Assembly (NCBI GenBank): GCA_030141605.1
Contig: JAQGDQ010000139.1
Coordinates: forward strand, 124,001 to 188,000
Origin: Tubiluchus corallicola
Taxonomy: Eukaryota; Animalia; Priapulida
Length of the DNA: 64,000 nucleotides
Direction of reading: 5' to 3'
Part shown: positions 40,701 through 52,453 of the stretch, piece after piece
Layout of the letters: each line of letters begins with the position of its first letter
Position numbering within the stretch: the stretch's first letter is position 1
Made by a program: the position numbers and the translations under genes
The notes under the pieces: generated by a model
Seen by the model: only the letters and a program-made list of their open reading frames with translations
What the model was told of the DNA's origin: nothing
Databases searched by the model: none

Positions 40701-43700
40701 TCAGCAACTTTACTCCAGGTGCGGCACGTAGTCTGATATGACGTGCAAGTAGTATTGTCCACGTAGTCAGTTATGTCGTATGGTGACTTTGTCCATGAGG
40801 TCTGAAACTATTGGACAACTGAGTGGGCAGATGTTTTTTGGTGGTAGAGATTTCCACAAAGTTTGGTGACAATTAAGACTTTGTCTCATTGCTGTGTTCG
40901 TATTGTTGGGAAGTGCTATTGGCGTACCGACAAACCGTTGAGAGGCGGATCCATGTTTGAGGTGACGAGGCACCCACAGTACGGTAACAACCCAGAGACT
41001 GTAAGTTGCATGATTTAGTGTTTGCTTATCTGATGCTAGCAGTTGTGTGGAAGCTGGTCTTCACCTCCTTGCTGTTCAAGAAATTGGTAGTGATATTAAT
41101 AGACACTGAGCTGCAACCTCATTATAGAGGCGCCCTACGTTAAACTTAGTACCATCCTCCATGGTGTATTTTCCAAGTGGGATAATGCCGGTTGATCATC
41201 ATAGCGCTAGCGAGGACTACATCATTTGGGGTGGCATGTAGTTAGGCAAATAGGTACCCCTTTTAGTTAGGTTTAGCTGTTGGGCATTATTTGCCAATTT
41301 ATTTGTTTGTTTATCGACTTGATAGTGTAAGTCTACTGTAAGTAGATACTGTAATATTTAGCACATTCAAACGTAGTTAAATTAGTGTTTGACTAATGAT
41401 AGTGTTTTTTTACATGCATTTTTTGTTTGTTTGCTTAATAATTATTTCTACAATATTTATGCAATTGATTGTTTGTGCATTAGTTGCCTACACATCGTCG
41501 TTTGCATTATCACAGTGAGTACAACAGATTGCTCCAAGCAAAGTAAACTGCACATCCCACAGCTGAACCACTCTGCTCAATAGACAGGCCCCCCGTGGAC
41601 TGCCTATAAGCTCGCCACTGTCTGGAGCTAACGGGTAGATAATTGGTCGCCCCTTTCTTCAGCTCGGTCAGGTCAGTCAAATTGTTACCCCAGCGACTAC
41701 CTTCAATCAAACAAACTACCCCCAGACGTCAGATCGTTACATATCGTCTTGGAAGACGGCGACTCCAGGCAGATCACTGGTCAGGTTCTCCATGATCTCC
41801 TGAAAGTAACCAGGCGCTGACTTGATTCCGAAAGGAAGTCGTTACTACAGGAGTACACCTCGGTGGGTACTGAGAGCTAGCCTGCATTGACTCTCGGGTG
41901 CCAGCTTAATCTGGTTATAGGCATCAGCAAGGTCGATCTTCGTGTAGCCGTATCTGCCTCCCAGCTTCTGCATCAGTTCCTGTGGGAGTGGCATCGGATG
42001 ACAGTGGTCCTCTAGCTGATCGTTCATGCCGACTGAGTAGTCACCACAGATCCGCAATTTGGGCTTCTGAGTGCCCGGAGTGTAAGCTTTACGAATCAGT
42101 ACCACTGGCGTTTCGTATTCGTTGAACTGGACTGGCTTCCAGACACCTTTGGCGATGCCTTCTTTGTAACTTTTGGCCAGGTCATCTCAAAGAGTGAATG
42201 GAACCGGTCGTGCCTTGTGAAAAACCGGCTTCGCATCAGACTTGAACTTCACTTCCAGTTCGAAGTCCTTAAGACACCCCAATTCTTCTTTGAAGAGATC
42301 TGGGAACTCGTCACACAGGTTGTGGCAATGTCGTTGCAGGGAAGCATAAGACGTTTTTACACCATTGCTCTTGTCTTGACTCTCTATGCTTCTCAGTTCT
42401 AGAGTATTGTCCACAGAAATTCCCAGCTTCTGGATAGCATTTCGTCCAAGCAGGTCTGGTCCATGAAAGTTCCCAGCACTGGCAGGTCGTGCTTGCTGGC
42501 AGATGCGTAGCAATGTTTGACGTCATCCAGCTTTGGCTTTCCTAGTTGTTTCCAGACCGGCACTGAAACGAAATATCCCGCGGTTGCAGTGTCAAGTTCC
42601 ATCTTGAACTGTTGGTCCAAACTAGGAGAATCTTCGGGAACTTCGCCGAGGATCGCCTTGACAAGCTCATCTTTCCTGATTCTCCTCACGGACTATCCAG
42701 ATTTTTGGTCCCGTTGCTGTCGTTGCTTCTTCATGCAAACAGCCTCCAAATGTCCTTTCTTGTCATAGAAATGGCACTTGTCATCTTTGTAGGGGCAGTC
42801 AGTCAGTTTGTGGGCCTTTCCACAATGGTAGCACTTTGTATCCGTGTCTGTGGAATGTGACTGCTGATGGTTCTTTCGTTGACCCTTTTTCTGGCTCAGC
42901 TTGACTTTGTTGACGGTCCTGGTCTTGGAACCATAAACAGCTTCCTTGACAGCCTTTGCCGCGTCTTCAGTCTCGGTAGCGATTTGGATAGCATGGGCGA
43001 AAGTCAGATCTTCATCCTTGATTTTGAAGATAACCTTCAAAACAGCTTCATTGTTGATAGAGCATATGAATCTCTGCCTCAGAGCTTCATCTTGTGGGTC
43101 TTGGATTGAAGAAAAGTCGCAGGTAGCAGCGTCTTGGCATATGCGGGCTGCTAACTCCTGGGGAGTTTCGCCTGGCTTCCGTTGCATGTCACTCCAGAAC
43201 TTGAAACATTCTCGCACAATGAAGAGTTTCGGGTCAAACTGTTCCTTCATAAAGTAGACAATTTCGTCTATTGTCAGTTCGTTGATATCCTTGGATGGAG
43301 ACTGTTGAGTCGCTAGATTCGCCAGTTGTCTGTAGATGGCAGCAGTCTGATTTGTTAGGAAAACTTGAGCCTTGGTCAGGCACTGCCTTGGCTGCCACGA
43401 AGGTACAAAATCTTGACCAGTAGTCAGGCCACAGTTCAGAAGTTGGATCGGAAGCGCAAATGGTGGAATGGCAGCTGTAAGCGCTGATGCAGGTGGAAAG
43501 TGGGTGCTTGAGCTGTAATTATTTTCAGGAGTTCGAGCCTGAAGCAGCCTCCTCAAAGCATCCATATCTTCTTTGTGTTGCTGCGCCTGTCGATCCGTCT
43601 GTTCCCTCTGCTGATCCAACTGCTGGCGGAGGAACTTGATAAGTTCGCCCATCTGCTCTGCCATCATTGCTTGAATAAACAACTGTTGACTGAGTTATAA

Positions 43701-46700
43701 GGATCCTGTCGACTGTGCCAATATTTGTTGTGTTTTGTTTCTCTTGGAAGGCTCGTAGAGAAAACCAGAAAGCACTTAATCAAATTAAACTAGTTTATTA
43801 AGCGACAATTCTACAACACAAAAGTATGAAGGAACGTGAAATGATTACAGTAAACGTGAAAATCTGGAAAACGTTTAAGTTTATCTGAAAATACAAGTAT
43901 ACAAGAGAATGTGTAAGTGGCGTCCGTGTGAATCAGCGTGCTTCATCTCGCGGCCTGCTTCGCCTTATATAGCGTGCCCAAGAAGCTTCCAGAAGTTTTG
44001 TTCCTGAACATTCCACACGGTAAGACGATTATTCCAACGGAACATTCTACAATGTTCCATGTAATTCATATAGACACCAGCGATCTCCACAACAAATCTA
44101 TAACAATGTACAGCTTATAATGGTATAATCTATAAGAAAGGATTGCTGTTTTGCTATACAAATCCAATTTTACAACAGTTTCAAAATTATAACTTCTCAT
44201 ATACTAAGCATGATTGAATTACAGTAAGAAATTTACATTTGTTGAAGTTAGATACAAACCATGTAAGAGAAAAATGAGACATTTCAGGTGTAGTGACCAT
44301 AGACATTCACATGCTTTACCCCTGGTGCATTTGCTATATATGTAAATGTGACAAACGTACAACAGTCAGGAAAAAGCCAATAATTAGAAGGTAACCATTT
44401 TTGATGCTATGTGGTTTGAGCAAAACTGGTTATGCTTCAAGAATGTAAGTTTTATTTCAATTAAAAAACTTAAATATTTTGAAGACCAGAATTTTCTGCA
44501 TGTTTTAAATGTTCTTTACTTAAAACACCTGTGTTTGCTGTTTCAGGTTGAGATGTTAGCGTTATCTGGTGGTGACTTGTTGCAAGTATATGATGGAAGT
44601 AGTCCATACAGTCCATTGTTGGCCATTTTGCACAACCATTTAAACTACTCAGTCAGGTTTATTATTTCAAGTGGCAATCAAATGTATTTACTTTTCACTT
44701 CGGATTATATGGATAATGCAGAAGGTTTTCGTTTGAATTATAAAACTGGTATGTTCTTACTGCTGCAGTAATTTGAATTCTTTCTAATATTTGAAAGTTA
44801 CTAAAGTAGAGATATCAAGTCTTAGCTGAGTGCTAAGGCATTTTGATGTGAGCTTTGCTGAGTGTCACTTCATAGTAAATGTTTCTTTATGGTAAATCCT
44901 TTTGTTGGTCAACATTCATTTGAAAAACTGCTTATTCTGTTTTTGTTGCTCTAGAAATCATTTTATTTTCAACTAAACAATACCTTGTTGCAAAATACTT
45001 ACATTTGCCAAATTCAGAAATCATGCAACTCCTTAAACTTAGCTTACTCAAATTAACTGATATTATATAATAATATATGAATGGCAAAATGTATGAACTT
45101 ATCTAGCAATATATGAGAAATTCATTTTGTTATAAATGTGACTAAGTACCAAGTCCAACATGTAGGAGTATCAGTAGAATGTAAATTCTTAACTTAAAAC
45201 TATGATTATAATGATTCAAACTGTGAAATTTGAACTCGACTAAGAAGCTGTACCCTTATAATCCTCGGAGAGCTCATTCATATGATGCAAAATGAAAATG
45301 TAATTAGCACATACTTTTTTAAATGTATTTGTATTTTGTGTCATAACAAACTACCGAATTTAGTTATAGTTTTGAGAGTATTTGTTATTCAACCTGTGGG
45401 TGACATTGTGAAATATTGGAGCCGCTAATCGGCCTCCAGTATTGCTTTTAATCTCACTAATTTCTATGGCTGTGTTTACACACATTACAGGAGAAATGGT
45501 GCAGTAGAAATATGCTGATATGTGTTATATACTAGAATGTACAAAAACCAAGTTATGGAAATGGTAGTTATAGTAGGAAAAGTTGAGTCATTTAAATATA
45601 ATATTATATTACGTCATTACGGTGTCATAATAAAGAAGTCCAGATTCATTTTGGGCAAAATACCAAGTGTTGCGGAAAGAATCCAATGTGATGAACTGAA
45701 CATATTTTCAATAACGTGTAGTGTCGTTTCCATTTCTGTGTACAAGTTAGCAGTGCAATTTCCAGCAGTTATTGTACAGTTTTGATCAACATATTTCAGC
45801 ATATTTCTACTACATTGTTTCTACCCAGCATATATTATTCAGTGTATTAATAAAAATACTCATTGCTTCATTTCAGGCTGTGACAATACTCTTCGAACCA
45901 CGGCTGGTAATCTGTTTTCGCCTGCATTTGGTGTTAATTCATATCCTAAAAACATTAACTGTTCCTGGACAATTAAAAGCCCAGAAGACAGACCAATCAG
46001 TTTGTTCTTTGAAGATTTTAACCTGCATTCTGGGGATTCTTTAAAGGTAAGCTTACATAAATATTAATAATAATGTAAGTAAAAATAAGTACACAAATAA
46101 TTACTGTAAGTTTAAACAAGTGAATTATTGATAAGATGCCTGCACTGAACAAATAAGACGATATCATCTAATTTAATGCGTGTTTTGAAACAGTAAAAAT
46201 CTGGTTCAGAATTACTGCTTTCTTATATTTATATTGTATAAACAAGTATTCTGTTAACAAAATAACAACAGCTGATGATGAATTGTCACTGTCATGAATG
46301 TCCATTTTACTAGCAAGCTAAGATTCTTGAATATGCTATGTGTGAACTATCCAGAAACTCATCAACGTCTTCGAAGTCGCTGAGATTATTATTTGCTGAA
46401 GTCATTGGTTTCATACATGCAAAGGATATCGTGAGGAAATACTGTTCTTTTTTCTTTTTTTATTGGTCAGATGAGCAGTCTGCAGCACTAGACCCTTTTT
46501 AAAAACAAGACATGAACCTGAAAATTCACTTTTGTTATAGCATTTTTGAAATGCAAATGATTTTTCAGCACTAATTGGAGTGCTTTTTTATGCTGAATTT
46601 TACGAGTTTCTAATAAAAAAGTTGATTTTGGGACATATCAGACCCTATAAATATGTTGTGTAATTTATAAGACTTGAGTTTAAAATTTGGTAATGTTAGA

Positions 46701-49700
46701 GTTCAGAAAACTAAATTTTGTAGGACTGCTTGTAAGTGCTGAAAATGTAAATTTACTATAGATATTTGATGGTGAAGATGCATCAGGCACGCCTTTGTTT
46801 CCTGGGGATACGAATGGCTACACTGGTCCACTTTTACCTGCTCCTGTTCGCACCACGTCTGGTTCTATTTACTTATACTTCCACAGTAATATCGTGCGAA
46901 CACAGATTGGTTATAATGCTACATATTCAATAGGTAATTGATGTTTTTTGCATTTTTATTATAAATTTTGCATAAAATTCTAACAATTAGGCTATTAGCA
47001 TGTTGCAAACTTTTGGAAATTATTGATAAAACAAGATAAAACCTACTCAGACCAATTATTTAGCTTTGATTCAATTAAAATTTAATTTTTGCTGTTGGTA
47101 ACATTAGTAGCTTTTGGAATTATTGACAGAGTACTTTGTAGATAAAAAGTACAAGTGTACTGCAGAATTAAAATTCAAGATTTGAGTTTATTCTGGCAAA
47201 CATTTCTATTACGTCAGTAAGAAGATGGCAATATGTCAAATGGTGATTGGCAGATGGCATTAAACTGGGGGAACAAGTACAAAATGCACTTAAAGTCAAT
47301 TTCACCAACTTGAACAATTTTATCTGTGGACAATGAACTAAGAGTATGAATTACGTGAGTGACTGAAAATCTGACATGTACATAATTATAGGGTTGTTTT
47401 GAATTTTGAGTAAGTTGTTTTAATTTATGATTCCCGAAAGAACCTGTCTAAGACTGATTGCAATAAAATGAAACTTCTTTACCAACCTGCCACCATTAAA
47501 ATAGTAGTAGTGGTAGTGGCAATGGCAGTGGCAGTGGTGGTAGCATTAATAGCAGCATTAGTAGTAGTACCAGTATTAGCAGTGCCAGAGTAGAGGCAAT
47601 AACAGTAGTGGTAAGCACTTACATTAGCAGTAGCAGGAATTGCAATATAATGGGCAATAGCAGTCTCTGTAGCATCAGTAGTAGTCGTCATTGTCATTGT
47701 CATAGTGTTTGTAGCGACAGTAGAACTAGCAGTATCAACAGCTGAAACAAGTATTGTCTGAACATCTGGTGCATGGGGTAACCAAGCCATTGTTTATTAA
47801 CTAAAATTATAATAATTTTAAGTTGGCAAAATATGTTTTTAGCTGTTTTTACAGATGGATCACGTTTACCGTTGCTTCTTGATTGTAAAAGAGAACCATT
47901 TAATTTCAGAAAGAACATGATTGTTACCATGTATTAAGTTCATTTGAAGATTGTAACCAGCTTGGTCTGTTACAGGAAATTGTCACTGTTAAGTTGTGAG
48001 GTAGAGAAACGTGTTTTGCAATCATATAAACGTGCAAAGACAACACTGTATGGGAAATCAGAAAAAAGTTTGTACCTCTGCTGGGACTCGAACCCAAATC
48101 TTCTGCTTTAAGTGCAACACAAGTGTGTATTGGCTTGATTTTCATATATTTTTTTCAGATTGTCCAAATATAGAAAATACTGAGAATATGATAGTTGAAA
48201 GTACAAATCCTTTTTATCATTATCGCTCCATCTTTTTACTGACTTGTGAAGTTGGACATTTTTTTTCTACTGGAGTTACTCAAGTAAGACTTGAATGTTT
48301 ATATGGTGGCAAATGGAACATTCCCAAAATTCCTCGGTGTCAACGTAAGTATTAATAGATTAATAACAGTCATCTAACTTTTGTCCACTTATTTGTAAAA
48401 TCTTTTGCGGAAATAATTATCATTCCTTTTTTGTTCTGCACTCCTCAGAAGCTTAAATTATTCTGTGCAATACTTAATGTGATTAAAAGTTCTTGCTTCT
48501 TTTGGTTGCAGTGATTCCTAGTTTAATGACACTATTTAGCATTATTCATTTTAACAACACCAAACTTTTGCCACTCGCCCTTTTTTGATGGGGTACTTTT
48601 CACTTTTAAAATGCCTATTTTTAACCTCGTTTTAATGCATTAAAGCTTTTTATTCTGTGGCTATGCTTGAAAAAACTACTGGAGCTTAAATAGTTTTGCA
48701 CTTCTTGCCTTAATATGGATGATGCCGCTTATCGTGATCATTGTACTCTCAGCATGCCTAGCCATTGCTTTTATTCTAAATGCCATCCCAAAGTCCCCAA
48801 AGCTATTGCTACTGATAAGAGCATTGCTGATAAAATGCAAGAGCTATCGAAAGTGCTCGATACTAAGTTTGAAGCTTTGAAATCCGATACTGCATCCAAA
48901 GCCTGCGCTGGTAATGTTGCTGTCTTGAGTGCGAAAGTTGACAAGCTATCCTCAAATGAGAAAAGAATTTCCACATTGCAAAAAGATGTTGTATCTGTAG
49001 TAGACAAAATCGAATCTTTGGTAAGTGAACCTGGTGAGAACAAAGATAATCTAAGAATGTTATTTTAAATCATGTACCCAAATGCTGTTGAACCTTTTAC
49101 TGCCATTGCTGATAACAAAGCCAGATGCAAGTTCTGGATAAACTTGATTGTTCTGCTAAATCAGCTGTAGTTGTTGTCAGAAAAGCTGGAGTGATCCGAC
49201 CCATCCTTTTTAGATTTAACTTTGAATCCTTAGTGCCTTAACCTGTTACAGAATAAGCAACGTCTGAAAGATGTTGGTGCCTGGTACAATGAAGTCTTCA
49301 TTAATGCAAACGAGACTCACTATGCAAATAAAAGCTGCTACTGTTAGAAGTTGCCAAAATGATGTGGTGTTGTTCGGAGATGTTCTTTCTCAACACACTG
49401 TGATCCCAAGACTAGAATCACCCATTCTGTGGCCTAGTGTGATGTTGTCGGTCATATAATAGAGAGAAATGATCGAGTTATTTCTACACAAAGATCTAAG
49501 CAAAACGTCGCTGTTAGCATCAGCAAATCTCCAAACTTCAACGGCTTGACTGATGTTATTACTGAAGATGCTGGGGAGTCCTTTCTTGAATATTGTAATG
49601 ATACTAGTCAAGTGTTATGGAAAAGCTAACTGCTCTATATCGCTTACTGCTAGTATTATCAACCATCTTACAGTATCTCTGTGGCCACTCGTTCTTACAG

Positions 49701-52400
49701 TGATGTTGGTTTTGTGCAAACTAATTAGTGCTCCATTTCTATTAACTCATCCATTATTATTGAATGAAATACAATGTGATGTGTAAGTTTGTTGTTAGTC
49801 CTTCTCCCAAACATAGAATTATTATTTTTAAAATAACCCCACACAACAGTTTTTCAAGTTGTCGTGTCTTTAATTGCAATGAGTGTTTAAATAAGTTTTC
49901 CAACTTGCACAATTTTATTTTTCCTAATGATCCTGTTCTTATTTGTTTATCTGAAATGTGGCTTGATGGTGAAGTTATTGATAGTTCTATTTGTGCTGCT
50001 GGCTATAAAATTGATTGCCAGCTGCAATAGGCATAGCATAGTTCCTTTTGTTAATCGAGGTGGTGTAACCTTTATCTATACTGCTTCCTAATCTTTATTA
50101 ATGATACTGCTGATTGTATTTCTCCTGGGACTAACATTCCATTATTTGTTAATGATTTAAAGCCCTTTCGTCCAATCTGGGACGATCTTGATCATTACAT
50201 TTTACGTAATTTTACACTGCTGCAGCAAGTGGTTGATGGCTTTTAATGCTAGTAAATGTGCTTTACTTAGAATCTGCCATAAATGTACAATGCCTTACTG
50301 TCTGAACAATGTACAAGTGGCTGAAAATGTTGTATCAGAGACTTGGGAGTAACAATTTCTAATAACCTTTAATGGAATTCCCATGTGAATTATATCATTG
50401 CAAATGAAACCGTCGTATTGGCATAATTAAGGGCTGTGTTTTATCAAGAAATACAGCTGTAATTGTTCCTCTCTATAAAGCTGTTATTCGACCCATTTTG
50501 GAATGTGCATTTGTTGTTTATAGGTCATTATTTCATTGGATAAGGTAAACATTCACAGATACTGGTGTGTGAATGTTTTTTAGCCCATGCACTTTTGCTG
50601 CACTTATGCTAGACACTCGTTATTGTATGTTATTGGCCATCTTAACTGGATAGTACCATTTAGAATTATGTATTTTAGTGACCGCAATATCTAAATGGCT
50701 TTTCTATTTTATGCTGTCATATTTCACCTAATTGCTTTAATAACTATTTGTTTTTCTAGCGAGATATTGTGGACCAGTACCCCAAATACCCAACGGTTTT
50801 GTAGCTGTTGCTGATAAGGTGACAGTTGGTGGAAGAGCACTCTACCAGTGCTTCCAGGGTTTTTATTTTCAAACTGGTGAAAGATTTATTCAGCGGATGT
50901 GCTTAGAAAACGGAAAGTGGGAGGAGCCACCAATGTGTATCAGTAAGTGTTTTAGATATATTTTGTAGCAATAAGATCTACAAACATAATTTACAATAAT
51001 AACAGCTCATAAGTTGAGTAACTACTATAATCTTAGTGCCTTTATTATTATCAGTGATGGAGCAAATCCTTGTTTAATTAAATTACGATAGTTTTTTAAT
51101 TAGAAGGTCTGTGAATCAATATAGGATATATTCCAACTTTTCCTGTTTTCAAGTTTGGCATCAAAATTTAGTAAATATTATCAATTGCATTTAAGGTTGT
51201 AAGTTTATTCATACTACCAAATTTTGGCAAGTTAATGGCCCGAAGTTTAACATATTACTTTGAAAATCAAGTCCAGTTTTGACAAATTGTTGGTAACAGT
51301 GATATTTTGGACTTAGGCAATGGGAGCAGCCGATTGGTTGCATTTTCTTCATTGTGGTTTTGCATTGATTGTCTAGGACTAATATTGTTTCGCCAATCAC
51401 TTAAGATTAACAACCCAACACTTATCTTGGATGCTGGATATAAGTTGACTAACACTAGCTTGTTTTAAATTTTTTACGTACAATAATACCTGCGTCTTTG
51501 TACATGAACTTGCATAAAAACACTATACTGTTGAAACAAAATAAAAAATTCTACAAATGTTCTGTCTCAGGGTATAGTAAGGTAGATAAACTGGAAGATA
51601 AGCTTCTTGCTTTTCTATAATAGCTTATTTGCTTAGTGAATGCGACTTTGGGAACAATAACTGTTGTGTGCAGTAAATTAAATAATGTGGTACATCTACA
51701 AGTTTCGAGTGAATGTAATATTCCAAGTTTTTTTTAAGATCGTGGATGTCCACCATTACCAGCAAAAGTCAATCTAATAGCTACACTAATCAATGGCAAT
51801 GGTACAAGTTTTGGAAGTATTGTGACATACGAGTGTCCTTCTGGCCAGTTCCTGGTGGGTTCACCTTTTTTAATGTGCTTGGACAATGGTGAATGGTCAG
51901 GAGATGTGCCTTTGTGTAAACGTAAGAAATTTTCTTTCTTAGATTCCGTATATGTAAGTGATTACTGAGTACATATTTAGTACATTAACTATTGGTACAT
52001 AAAAAGCTAATATAGTATCTTATCTGTTTTATGCATTAAAATCTGTGTTTTATGTGCTATGTTATTCTAGGTCGGCAGTGTTCCTACCCATTGCCAATAA
52101 AGAATGGGTACTTGAGTTCATATGGACCTTTGTTCTATGGAGATTCTATTTATGCAGCTTGTTACAGTGGATTTCAGATGATTGGCAATGAAACAATCAT
52201 GTGCTTGTCAGACCAGACTTTAACCCAGTCACCTAAATGTGTTGGTAATATATTTGTAGACATGTTTTTTAGAATATATAGTCAAATATCAAACTATAGG
52301 TAAATTTCTACAGATCCATGGAAAAGAATAATATATCTTATCCGATGGGAGGCATATCTTAATTATCAACGTTTTATATAACTGGGCTTAAAGAAGTCAA

Positions 52401-52453
<53 letters not shown>

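Larger units (their letters stand above)
37750..44094 (-). mobile_element. Full-length decayed Ty3/Gypsy LTR retrotransposon, Mag/K02A2.6-like, antisense in a uif intron
   Basis: LTRs 43726-44094 and 37750-38119 (TGTTGTG...CACAACA); TSD AATCT on both sides; PBS and PPT present. Order gag (2 CCHC-like knuckles), protease (ELDTA), RT ([21 protein letters not shown]), RNase H (LACDAS, ERNYSQ), integrase ([16 protein letters not shown]). Many frameshifts. Confidence 0.96.

Noticed and set aside
47479-47790. Thr/Ala-rich mucin-like or antifreeze-like ORF
   Set aside because: Degenerate trinucleotide tract antisense in an intron, with no splice support.
48060-48125. Functional tRNA gene
   Set aside because: A T-arm/B-box is present but I cannot build a D-arm or acceptor stem.
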